A DNA stretch of 64,000 nt, taken from NCBI GenBank assembly GCA_965237525.1, contig CBDEFO010000003.1:397974-461973 (forward strand). Reading direction: 5' to 3'. Of this stretch, positions 52,588-62,394 are shown in pieces (position 1 is the stretch's first letter; every line of letters starts with the position of its first letter). The notes under the pieces were generated by a model. That model was not told where the DNA came from. It made no database searches and saw only the letters and a list, made by a program, of their open reading frames with translations. The DNA is from Candidatus Latescibacterota bacterium. Its GTDB lineage: Bacteria; Latescibacterota; CBDEFO01. Both the position numbers and the translations under genes were made by a program.

Positions 52588-54348
52588 TCAGTCTTGAAGC
52601 CTGACGCATATCTCGGCATCGGGTTCCAGATCGAAAAAGAGTACTAAGTGAAACTCACCATCCGTATTCCTGGCCAGCAGAAACTCCTTCGCGTTCGTTT
52701 CAATCCGGGAGGGAATCTCAACTAGCGCCCTGGGCACGTCCCACAGCACGATTGCGTAGTCCTTGAAGCTGGCCCTGGTCAGCATTTTCAATCGAATCGG
52801 CAGGCCGCCATCGCTCGACCACTTGGATGGATCTACATCCACGTCCGGCGTCTCCACATGGCTGATGGCGCTGCCGAGCGGACCGACCTGTCTGATCGGT
52901 GTAATCGAACCACCAGATTGGATTCGGGCTCTCACGCTCGAAGCGGATCTGGCGCTTCTGGTCCTCGACGATTAGATACTCGCACGACAGCGGGTCCTTG
53001 TATCGGCCGTCCCTTCTTCGCTCATCCATTATGGTGGAGATGCGCGTCAGCCACGGGATCCGTTCGCGCGGGACGAGTTCACGCACGACGGTCCACTTGG
53101 CCAGCCACCATACGTCATAGTGCAGGTGATCCGTCTTGCTGCTGAACACGGTGCGCGGCGTCACCTTGAAGTGCCGGCGATAATAGTCGGCGATGTCGAG
53201 TGAGCGGGCGAATACGAGCTTGTACTCTTTGGTGAATTCGAAAAAGAAGTGACGCTGGTATTGTTCCACAAACCGGAACATCTGCTCGCCTTCGTAACCC
53301 TCCCTAAAGAGAGGGTTCGACACGTCGTAATGCTTGGTGACGCCGTCATACAGTGGCACCAAGAACGCCGGGTGTCCGCTCATCTCCACCAGGTTCCTGG
53401 CTTCTTCCATGCCCGGAACGAGGCATTTGAGCGCCACGTCCCACTGCCCCTCCGACATTCCGTAGTGATAACGAACCGGCCCCAGAAAATGGTAGCCGCC
53501 ACAGAAGTCCCACTGATGCACGACAACCGAGCCATTTTCGCTCTGCTCAACCTTTCGGCAGTCCACCTGGGAAGCGAAATAGGGAAACTCCGGCATGCCC
53601 AGCCACGGTTTGTCGTTGGCCTGACGCAGGCCAAAGTGACTGTTAACACCCAGACGCTGAAGAGTCTCCACGTAGCCCGGGTCTAGGTCGTGCCACATCT
53701 CGAGCGCGCGGTGCGAGCGTCGTTGGCGTCCGGCAGCAGCGACCTGACTTTGTCCAACATCTGCCCATAAAGCAGCTCGCGATGGTCGGACGTCATGGTA
53801 GCTTCACTGCGGGCCAGCGGGGTATCAGGCAGTACGGCAGCGATGGCGTCGCCGAAACGGCGGTGGTTCTCACGAAAACGTTCAAAGAGCGGGTCGTTCT
53901 CGTCGAACCTGTCGATCGGCAGCCGATAATCCAGCGGCACGCCCGCGCCGTGCAGCGTCGGATTCGGCTCCAGTTCGAGGAACGAACTAAAACGTACAAC
54001 GATCCAGTCGTCTTCGATTACCGAGAAATAGCGGTAGAACGATTCGCCGGCGGCACCCCAGCGCGCTATGTAATTGCCCGGTCGCTGCGGCTGATACGTG
54101 ACGGTGGCGCGCCCATTCTGGAAATCCAGCCCGACTCTCTCCGATTCCAGCGTCTCGAGCCATTCCAGATCGCCGCCGGCAGTGAACTTTTCACCCGGAT
54201 TAGCCCGCTCGAGGTATTTCGGGAAGATCACCAGGTCGTCCGCCGACATCCCGATCGGAAGGAAGAAGTAGAATTTTATCTGCTGGCCCAGTTTTAAGAG
54301 CCTGGAGCCGGTCGTCCACTGCGGCATCTTCAACAGCTTCTCGTTCAT
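52588..54348 (-). CDS. Hypothetical protein of about 585 aa split by two frameshifts
   Basis: Three abutting minus-strand ORFs with uniform high-GC codon use; no recognisable family. Confidence 0.6.
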
Positions 54349-54395
54349 GATTGGCCTACTTCTATTCTTCCACTCCTACCCTATCCTTCAGCGTT

Positions 54396-55409
54396 TTACT
54401 TGTCCTTCCTGGTAAGGCTCGCTGCATAATCATCCAATTGGTAGGCATCCATCCAATTCCCCTCGGGCATAGGTTCTTCAGGCATCACGTATTTTAGGAG
54501 CTGGACTGCCTTGGCCAGCGAGTCGTCAACGGTCAGGTAGGGCTCCTCGCACTCGATGCTCAGAGGGCCATCATATCCGACTCGACGCAGCGTCGTGATG
54601 AAGTCGCGCCAGAATAACTCGCCATGACCATAGCCGAGCGTGCGGTAGCTCCAGGAACGCTTGTCCCACTCGTCGTAGTAGGCGCTGGAGGCGATGCCGT
54701 CGCGGGCTACGAGTCTGGGGTCCAGGGCGACATCTTTCACGTGGCAAGTATAGACCGCGTCGGCGATCGTTTCGATAAACACGATTGGATCTATGCCCTG
54801 CCACCAGAGGTGAGATGGGTCCAGGTTCATGCCGATGGTCGGCCCGACCTCTTCGCGGAGCCGAAGGAACGTCTGGGTGTTATAGACCGCATCACCAGTG
54901 TGTGGCTCGATACACAGCCTGACGTCGTACTCGTCAGCAATTTTGGCGGCCTGCTTCCAGTACGGGATGATCTTTTGATCCCACTGCCAACTATAAGCAT
55001 CCTTCCACATGACAAAGGCGGAGTTGATAATCCAGTTGGGAGTCTTGTCATCCGGGCCGCCGCCTGGTGTTCCGGCCAGCAAGCTGATGTGGTGAACGTC
55101 AAGCCGGTTAGCAATCTTGCAGGTCGCCACCAAGTCTGCATGAGCCGCATCCGCGATCTCTACCTTCGGGTGGATGGGATTCCCATGGCAGCCAAAGGAA
55201 CAGAGCCTCATTTCGCGCTCCTCGAGGCTGCGCCTGAAAGTATCGAACGCCGATTGGTCCGCTGCAAGCTGAACCGGGTCATAGTGAACTTTGGGAATGT
55301 GTCCGCCCCCGCAGGCCTCGATCAAATGGATGTCGTGGCGCTTTGCCGAATCCAACATCTCTTCCCAGGACCGTTCAAGCATGCTGGCTGCCATAAGTGA
55401 GAGTTCCAT
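54396..55409 (-). CDS. Sugar phosphate isomerase/epimerase (xylose-isomerase-like TIM barrel)
   Basis: HGNPIHP, IEPH, NLDPSHLWWQG, HVKD, SIECE motifs. Confidence 0.88.
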   Translation of the reverse strand: MELSLMAASMLERSWEEMLDSAKRHDIHLIEACGGGHIPKVHYDPVQLAADQSAFDTFRRSLEEREMRLCSFGCHGNPIHPKVEIADAAHADLVATCKIANRLDVHHISLLAGTPGGGPDDKTPNWIINSAFVMWKDAYSWQWDQKIIPYWKQAAKIADEYDVRLCIEPHTGDAVYNTQTFLRLREEVGPTIGMNLDPSHLWWQGIDPIVFIETIADAVYTCHVKDVALDPRLVARDGIASSAYYDEWDKRSWSYRTLGYGHGELFWRDFITTLRRVGYDGPLSIECEEPYLTVDDSLAKAVQLLKYVMPEEPMPEGNWMDAYQLDDYAASLTRKDK

Positions 55410-55566
55410 GCCATTCTCCTCTAATGTTCTGTCAAGCTCATTTTGACGGGTAGATTGCTAACCATCCGAAGTCAATTTCTTTCTGAGAAATATGCCGACC
55501 CGCCAGAGGGTGGTCAGATACAGCCTACGCGATCCGTGCCGGCGTAAGCCGCAACGCTCGCTTGGG

Positions 55567-55803
55567 TTACGCAGTCATTAACAGCTCAGCAACATTTTTG
55601 CCAGCCGTTGGGGGCGGTAACTCTTTATTCTCCTGATGAGCGATTTTCAGCCATTCATCAACGATTTGACATAACTCACGGTACAGTTCGACTTCATCAT
55701 CACCGTGACAACATGGCCCGATAATTCCCGGACAGTAACCGATAAAACATTGGTCTTCTTCTGACCATTCAACAATCTTGATGTACTTTGTACTCGCTGT
55801 TAT
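55567..55803 (-). pseudogene. HicB-like antitoxin with start codon read as ATA, preceded by a HicA C-terminal remnant
   Basis: TASTKYIKIVEWSEEDQCFIGYCPG...CHGDDE...LPPPTAGK; upstream EKEVKRCIEEIQR* overlapping as ATAA. Confidence 0.65.
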
Positions 55804-55937
55804 CTTTGGATCTCCTCAATACACCGTTTAACTTCTTTTTCTCGCTGTTGTATGCGCCTTTCATAGCCCGTCAACGCCTTCGTGTCTGCCTCTTTACTGG
55901 ATTGGAAGTTCGAAATCCTCCATTACCCGAATGTTAC

Positions 55938-56168
55938 TCAAGCATATTCGAATACCTTTCCGACCTCATTAAGATTTACCTGCCCCTCTTTTAACCTTTT
56001 TTCCTCGTTTTCTAAGTGTTGGATAGTCCTGCTATCGTAGTATCGTTCCCCACAACAGGAACAGACGGGAATATCAATTGGAAGATATACAATATCATTT
56101 CCCACTTTTAATTCTTCTTTAACATTAGTTTTACGAATATCTTCTCCTTTACAGATAATACATTTCAT
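55938..56168 (-). CDS. YgiT/MqsA-type zinc-finger protein
   Basis: MKCIICKG...VCSCCGERYY; GGAGG RBS. Confidence 0.85.
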   Translation of the reverse strand: MKCIICKGEDIRKTNVKEELKVGNDIVYLPIDIPVCSCCGERYYDSRTIQHLENEEKRLKEGQVNLNEVGKVFEYA

Positions 56169-56251
56169 TTCTTCCTCCTTTGATAATCCTCCCATCGTTG
56201 TCGTGCCTGGTGAGAATCTCACAAACAGACTTACCAGAAAGAAGGCGCAGC

Positions 56252-56473
56252 TTAGGCAACAGCAACCTCAAGTTGAGTTACGTACACTTCTTTGTGAAAG
56301 CGAGAGCTCAATTCTTTGGGCGAGGCGCATTCGAAAAATAACTCCAATGCCTCGCGTAGATTCTCTCGTGCCTGTTCAACGGTGTCGCCCTGACTTGCTA
56401 TATCCCACTCTGGACAGAGGGAAACATACCCATCCCCTTCCCGCTCAATGATTGCTGTCAATTGACGGGTCAT
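56252..56473 (-). CDS. HicB-family antitoxin followed by a truncated hicA start (56258 to about 56200)
   Basis: YVSLCPEWDIASQGDTVEQARENLREALEL; overlapping (M)PKLRLLSGKSVCEILTRH. Confidence 0.85.
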   Translation of the reverse strand: MTRQLTAIIEREGDGYVSLCPEWDIASQGDTVEQARENLREALELFFECASPKELSSRFHKEVYVTQLEVAVA

Positions 56474-56733
56474 CAACATCTCCTATCGCAACCAATGTCG
56501 TTTCGCCTAACGAATTTTTGGCGAGCTGGACGCTAACCGATGACGTGCGCAGCGACAGTGTAACCTTTCGCCCGTCCTATCATCGTAATAGTCGATCAAT
56601 ATCCGCTTTCCGTTGAAGTGCACGTCTTAAATCATACACCATTGCTGGTAGTCCTCCCCGACGTCAATTCCGGCTTATGGATTTGGACCGGCGCCCGATA
56701 GATCCTCTTTGTAGCTGTTGACGCCGCGGCCGC

Positions 56734-57027
56734 TCAAGGCAATTCAGAGATGATCTTGCGATATTCATCTTCACTAAATGCCCGAAGGGTCTCGGTTCGG
56801 ACATTGCCTGACGAGGCAGTAACCAATGCCAGCTTGGCTATCGTTTCATCGTCCGGCGCTTCGCAGACGGCGATCATGTCATATTGACCTATCGTCATGT
56901 AGAAATCTTTGAATACCACGCCTGCATCTTGGAAAGCCTTTCTGGCCGCATCGACCCGGCTGGGGCTATCCTTGATGTTTTGTATCCCTTGCTGCGTCCA
57001 GTTGAGCAGCATGATATAGGTTTTCAT
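56734..57027 (-). CDS. GYD-domain protein
   Basis: WTQQG, TIGQYD, GNVRTETLRAF motifs. Confidence 0.9.
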   Translation of the reverse strand: MKTYIMLLNWTQQGIQNIKDSPSRVDAARKAFQDAGVVFKDFYMTIGQYDMIAVCEAPDDETIAKLALVTASSGNVRTETLRAFSEDEYRKIISELP

Positions 57028-57091
57028 TTGCTACCACCTTTCAATATTTTCCGAGGCGCCTCCCTTCAGAGTACTACCTCGTTGAATCTAA

Positions 57092-58614
57092 AAGCCTTGT
57101 GAAATAGTTATGTCCCAGGCAGCGTCTGAAGCGCCGATTATGGGTCAAAGAGTAGCATATCGTATCGTTTTGCTGTGGAATAAGCAAAATAGTCTTATCA
57201 GAGTTCTGGTCAGCAAGGAACAGGAGCTGTTTGAAGAACAGGATGCACTGTCTTTGACAGACAGGGCACACATAGACGCTTTCCCCCTTCTTATGAAAGA
57301 TACAAGCCTCTTGAGATTCTGTACTGTTGCAACAAGATTCAACTGTTCATTCAGTGAGGCTGGTCCCTCTATAACGGGCTCGTCCCATACCGTGTTGTTG
57401 CCTGGCTTCAGCAAAGATATGTTCACTGCGTTTACGGAGTCTCCGGGAGAGTTTGTAGTCAGCTGTTAATGAGATAGACCGTGCATGATTTCTGGCTTTC
57501 GCCTCTCGCACTTTTCTATCCCGTTCGGCCTGAATATGTGCTGAATTTGTCTTGTTTTTCCATGTAGGAATCGGTTCAATCTTCTCATCGGCTCGCAGAG
57601 GAATATGGGGTATGATTCCCCGGTCAAGTACATCAGCGATAAAATTACCAGAACCGTAACCGGTATCGGCACTAAGTGTCTGAATGTCTTTGGGCATGGT
57701 GTATGTTTCAAGGTCATCTACCATCTTAAGGGCACTTTCGGGCTCTGCTGTCCCTGTCGCCCTGCGTGCCCTGAGTCTCAAGGATTACTCTGCTTTTTGT
57801 GTCGATCAGATCATGGCCCATAAACGAGAGAAAAGCCCCTTTGCCCTTCGATTTGCTGTATAAGCGCGCGTCGGGGTCTGTAGTCGAACGGTGTGTTTGG
57901 TTCGTCCACTTTTCACCATGAAAGTCTTTATCCTGAGGATGCCCGGACCTACCCTTTGTCTTATCACCTTCAAAACCGATTCCCTTGAGATAATCATCAA
58001 GAGAAAAAAGGGGGTTCTATCGGCTCAATACTTTTCACTGAAGCATCAGCTTGTATCTGAGTGCCGTCGACACTAAGGTGTTTACCGCTCACAAGACCGA
58101 CATCTATGCAACACTGGACTACCTGACGCATTATCCGTTCAAACAACCCACTGGATGCCCACTTGTGATTGCGAAGCTTGTTGATCGTGCTCCTATCCGG
58201 AACCGCATCATCAAATGTCTGATGACAAAACAACCGATATGCCGCATGCATCCCCACTTCCTGACAGAGCCGATTCTCACTCAAATTATACAGATAGCCA
58301 ATAAGGATCATTCGAACAACTAATTCAGGATCAATACCGGGTCTGCCATTGTCAGGGCAATAACAATCTGATACAACGTCTCGTACAAAATGAAAAATCA
58401 ACTGCCTCATCAATCTGACGAAGGATATGATCCTCGGGAACTAAATCCTCCATCTGAAAATAGTGAAACATCGGATTTGTCTGTTCCTGCTCTTGTGGGG
58501 TCATTGTTTCCTCCATGTATAATATTATCAATAACATAATATAATACATCGGAGCTGCTTTATCAATGCTTGTTCTATACTACTTTCTGAATCTAAGGGT
58601 TTTTCACAAGGCTT
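57092..58614 (-). mobile_element. IS1182-family element copy 4 (1523 bp, four +1 homopolymer insertions)
   Basis: Same IRs; extra bases near 57366, 57760, 58006, 58389; flanks CTAA / ATAA. Confidence 0.92.
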
Positions 58615-58676
58615 ATAATGCCAGGCTAAATCTTCTACTTCCCACCAAAACACATGTCAGTCTCCAGCCCAGAATC

Positions 58677-58759
58677 GAGATTGCTTCGGAGTTTCACCCA
58701 TCGCAATGACCTTGCTTGTTTCGTCCTTCAGTCATTGCAAGCAAAAGCGAAGCAATCTC
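58677..58759. repeat. Inverted pair of GTCATTGC...GCAATCTC palindromic repeats
   Basis: 58677-58710 and 58731-58759. Confidence 0.75.
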
Positions 58760-58769
58760 AAAGCATCCT

Positions 58770-59204
58770 TCATTTTTGCTCTACAATCACTATGGCTACT
58801 TTTGCGACTCCAGTCCTTATCATCCCTACCTTCTGGGCAGCGGCGTATGAGAGGTCGAGTATCCTACCTTTCACGAACGGTCCCCTGTCGTTTACCCTGA
58901 CGGTAATACTCATACCGTTCTGGAGGTTGGTAACCTTAATTACAGTCCCAAAGGGGAGTTCTTTGTGCGCTGCTGTTAAGGCGTACATATCGAATTTTTC
59001 ACCGTTTGCCGTCGTCCTGCCGTGAAATTTCTTTCCGTAGTAGGAGCACATACCCAACTGGTAAACATTATTGGGGATCGCAACTTTTTTCTGACGCTTA
59101 TCCTGAGAATCCTTATCGGCGCGGTAGATCGGATTCGGATCGCACCCCAACAAGGCGGCGGCTATGGAAAATGTAATTAAGAGAATGTAAAAAGCTCGAA
59201 GCAT
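58770..59204 (-). CDS. rlpA: RlpA-family septal lytic transglycosylase lipoprotein
   Basis: LLGC lipobox; SYYGKKFHGRTTANGE, TAAHKELPFG, RVNDRGP, DLS motifs. Confidence 0.93.
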   Translation of the reverse strand: MLRAFYILLITFSIAAALLGCDPNPIYRADKDSQDKRQKKVAIPNNVYQLGMCSYYGKKFHGRTTANGEKFDMYALTAAHKELPFGTVIKVTNLQNGMSITVRVNDRGPFVKGRILDLSYAAAQKVGMIRTGVAKVAIVIVEQK

Positions 59205-59216
59205 ATATCCCCAAGT

Positions 59217-59414
59217 TCAAAGTGATGTGAGGGTCGTCTTTCCCTTTCGCTTACGCCTTATAAAGCTCAATCCGAACCAGATGAGTATAAGGGCGGCGGC
59301 TAATTTAATAGAGAACCAGATGACTCCAACTAAGAAGACGGCCATTCCGAATACGCCTTTGAGCAGGATCAGTATCCCTAAAAGGACTAGCACTATCCCG
59401 AGAAATTTTTTCAT
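59217..59414 (-). CDS. Small two-TM membrane protein
   Basis: Hydrophobic 65 aa, coupled to the pyrD stop, GGAGG RBS. Confidence 0.7.
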   Translation of the reverse strand: MKKFLGIVLVLLGILILLKGVFGMAVFLVGVIWFSIKLAAALILIWFGLSFIRRKRKGKTTLTSL

Positions 59415-60376
59415 CTTTGCACCTCCTCAAGCAGCTCGGACGGGCTCAGGCTACCTTCAACGTCAACCTCAAGCGTTCCGACTATATCGGATATTCGCTC
59501 GATCTTGTTCTCCTGGCAGTACTCCACTATTCCTTCTGCTATTATGGCAGAAATATTAGGCTGTCTGAAGTTTGCACTCCCGACCTGGACGGCGGATGCA
59601 CCTGTTATCATAAATTCTAAGGCGTCCTCGGCAGAAGTTATCCCGCCTATGCCGATTATGGGGATCTTTCTTGTCTCTGCCACTTTCCACACCATAGCTA
59701 ACGCCACAGGCTTTACGGCGGGTCCTGAAAGCCCCCCTGTTACCGTAGAGAGCTCCGGCTTTTTCGTCTTCAGATCGACAGCCATACCCACAAGCGTGTT
59801 TATCAGTGAGACCGCATCGGCTCCGGCATCTTCCACCGCTTTAGCGATGACCCCAACGTCGGTGACATTGGGCGTCAGCTTCCCTATGACCGGGATGTCG
59901 GTGGCTCTCTTTACGCCTGAGATGAGTTCGTAAGCCAGATTCGGATCGCAGCTGAAGGACATCCCTCCCTCCTTGACGTTGGGACAGGACATATTTACCT
60001 CTACGCCGTCTATTCCGGGACAGTCATCCAGTCTCTTGGCAAGTTCTACAAACTCATCTGTGCTCTTGCCGACGATGTTTACTATGACGGCTGTGTCCGC
60101 AGCGCGCAAAACAGGCATCTTGTCACTGATGAACCCCTCTATCCCTACGTTTTGTAGGCCTATGCTGTTCAGCATTCCTGAAGCTGTCTCAAAGACCCTC
60201 CCCGGAGGGTTGCCTCTTCTCGGTTCGAGGCTTATGGACTTGGTTACGACCCCGCCGATCTGCGACAGGTTCATAAATCTCGAGAATTCCTGACCGTAGG
60301 CAAACGTGCCTGAGGCGACCAGCACAGGATTTTTTAGACTTATACCTCCTACCTCCACCGAAGTATCTATGTTCAT
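59411..60376 (-). CDS. pyrD: Dihydroorotate dehydrogenase 1B catalytic subunit
   Basis: ASGT, NSIGLQN, NMSCPN, KLTPN, GGLSG motifs. Confidence 0.96.
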   Translation of the reverse strand: MNIDTSVEVGGISLKNPVLVASGTFAYGQEFSRFMNLSQIGGVVTKSISLEPRRGNPPGRVFETASGMLNSIGLQNVGIEGFISDKMPVLRAADTAVIVNIVGKSTDEFVELAKRLDDCPGIDGVEVNMSCPNVKEGGMSFSCDPNLAYELISGVKRATDIPVIGKLTPNVTDVGVIAKAVEDAGADAVSLINTLVGMAVDLKTKKPELSTVTGGLSGPAVKPVALAMVWKVAETRKIPIIGIGGITSAEDALEFMITGASAVQVGSANFRQPNISAIIAEGIVEYCQENKIERISDIVGTLEVDVEGSLSPSELLEEVQR

Positions 60377-61188
60377 ATTGAGGGGAACACCTCTTCTCCG
60401 TCAAATACCGGTCCTTCCGTGCATACCCTCTGGTATAGGTCTCCTTCTGAGCCGGGTACTTCCGCGATACATCCGAGACAGACGCCCAGCCCGCACCCCA
60501 TCTTCTCTTCGATTGAGGCCTGACACGGGACTCCATGTTCACAAGCTATATGGGCGACCTTTTCCATCATACGCTCTGGACCGCAGGTGAAGACAACAGT
60601 CTCATCGTTCCGATCCAGAAACGGTGCCATGAAGTCTGTCACAAAGCCCTTCTGTCCTACAGATCCGTCCTCTGAGGAGATGAACACCTTTGCGCCAGTG
60701 GAGTCTAAGTCGGGGTAGAGGAGGTCTTTATATCTGACCCCGGCAAGTATAATAGCATCCCTTCCATCCCGGATCATTTTTTCAGCTAAGATTACCAGGG
60801 GAGCCACACCTCTTCCTCCTCCGACCATAACCCCTCGTTTACACCTATCGGTTATGCGAAAACCGTTTCCGAGGGGACCGAGGGCCTCTACAGTATCGCC
60901 GGGCTCTTTGATAGAAAGTTTCCTTGTGCCCCTGCCTATGTCCTCGTAGAATATTTCGACCCACTCCTGGTCATCATCCTTGCGGCAGACACTAAATGGG
61001 CGTCTCAAAAGCATCTCGTAGCCGTCGTCCACCAGGATATGAATGAATTGCCCGGGCTCTGTCCTTTCGGCTATCTGGGGAAGATGGAATCTGGTAAGGA
61101 ACAGTCCAGGCCCCACCTTCAGGTTCAAGGTCACTTCGCCCCGCTGAATTAGGGGGCCTCTATCTGTCATTACCTCCGACATTAACAC
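60373..61188 (-). CDS. pyrK: Dihydroorotate dehydrogenase electron-transfer subunit
   Basis: LRRPFS, GPLGNGF, CGP, MGCGLGVCLGC...VCTEGPVF. Confidence 0.94.
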   Translation of the reverse strand: MLMSEVMTDRGPLIQRGEVTLNLKVGPGLFLTRFHLPQIAERTEPGQFIHILVDDGYEMLLRRPFSVCRKDDDQEWVEIFYEDIGRGTRKLSIKEPGDTVEALGPLGNGFRITDRCKRGVMVGGGRGVAPLVILAEKMIRDGRDAIILAGVRYKDLLYPDLDSTGAKVFISSEDGSVGQKGFVTDFMAPFLDRNDETVVFTCGPERMMEKVAHIACEHGVPCQASIEEKMGCGLGVCLGCIAEVPGSEGDLYQRVCTEGPVFDGEEVFPSI

Positions 61189-61338
61189 TATATCTTTCTT
61201 GCTCTTAAGCGTACTTCAAAAGAAGACTAAACATAGACAAGCTTGTGTATAATATACTAACTGTATACTGCAAAAGCAACTCTTTATTGCTATGAGGAAT
61301 AATATTCTCACCGCTTTCGGGATACAGTGGAAATATTC

Positions 61339-61367
61339 TTGACATCAGCATTGATGTATCGTATCTT
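61339..61367 (+). promoter_or_regulatory. Sigma70-type promoter
   Basis: TTGACA-N17-TATCTT. Confidence 0.6.
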
Positions 61368-61452
61368 CCTAAAAAATGAAAGCCCTCAGGGCACTTAAGG
61401 GCTAATGCTAACAAAGATATACTTCAATTGCATCGGAGTTGAAAGAATTCCA

Positions 61453-61716
61453 ATGAATCCCCGGCTTACAGATACCCGACCAGAGGCGGAGAAGATACAA
61501 ATTGAGATCCTTCGAAATATGCCCGCTTATCGAAAGTTTGCTCTTGTGGATAGTATGTGGCAGACCACACGGGAGTTGGTGCAAGCAGGTCTCCGGGAAA
61601 GGCATCCCCAGGCTACAGAAGAAGAGATACGCTATCGCTGGGCAGCATTGGTTCTGGACCGAGCAACAATGATAAAAGCCTATGGATGGGATCCATCCAA
61701 AGAGGAACACCGATGA
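61453..61716 (+). CDS. Small helical protein, putative antitoxin partner
   Basis: DTRPEAEKIQIEILR...AGLRERHPQAT; ATGA overlap with next gene. Confidence 0.7.
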   Translation: MNPRLTDTRPEAEKIQIEILRNMPAYRKFALVDSMWQTTRELVQAGLRERHPQATEEEIRYRWAALVLDRATMIKAYGWDPSKEEHR

Positions 61717-62288
61717 CTCCCGAAGCTATCACAATCACTCTACAGGTTATCGAAGCTCTGGAAGAGCTGAATATTGACTATCTCATAGGAGGATCTTTCG
61801 CCAGCACTCTGCATGGCATGCCTCGGGCAACTATGGATGCGGACTTGGTGGCCGACCTCAGATTTGAACACATTCCCTCGTTCGTCGAGCTCCTACAAGA
61901 AGATTTCTACATGCATGCCGAAGTGATTAGAGATGCCATTAAGAACCGTAGCTCCTTTAACCTAATACATCTGCTTTCAGCCTTCAAGATAGATATCTTT
62001 ATCCTTGGGAAGAGACCGTTCGATCTTTCTGAGTTCTCTCGGCGCAAACTTGAGCAGATCCTGAGCGAACTTCCACGTTCAGCCTATGTGAAAACCCCAG
62101 AGGACGCTGTGTTGAGCAAATTAGAATGGTTCAAGATGGGTGGGAAGCTATCAGAGCTTCAGTGGAGGGATATTCAAGGGATTCTCAAAGTTCAAGGTCC
62201 AAAGATAGATATATCGTATCTGAAAAAGTGGGCAAAGGAGTTGGGACTTTCTGATCTGTTAGAACAGGCACTTACTGAAAGTCTCTGA
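61713..62288 (+). CDS. Nucleotidyltransferase-fold protein (DUF6036-like)
   Basis: YLIGGSFAS..HGMPRATMDADLV, KIDIF, PEDAVLSKL motifs. Confidence 0.75.
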   Translation: MTPEAITITLQVIEALEELNIDYLIGGSFASTLHGMPRATMDADLVADLRFEHIPSFVELLQEDFYMHAEVIRDAIKNRSSFNLIHLLSAFKIDIFILGKRPFDLSEFSRRKLEQILSELPRSAYVKTPEDAVLSKLEWFKMGGKLSELQWRDIQGILKVQGPKIDISYLKKWAKELGLSDLLEQALTESL

Positions 62289-62394
62289 AAACCTATGTAA
62301 TTGGGGACAGTCTATGTGCCTAACTGTTTGGGAGAAGAAATAGCATGCCCTTATTGAAAACGGTTAGACTTTGCAGCTCGCCATGGTCAGTGCT

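Noticed and set aside
55455..55572. Complete attC after the HicB-like gene
   Set aside because: GCGTAAC and a distant GTTAGCA are present, but no convincing L-box pairing; at most a remnant.
61190..61340. PyrR attenuator upstream of pyrK
   Set aside because: No recognisable PyrR-binding loop consensus on the minus strand.
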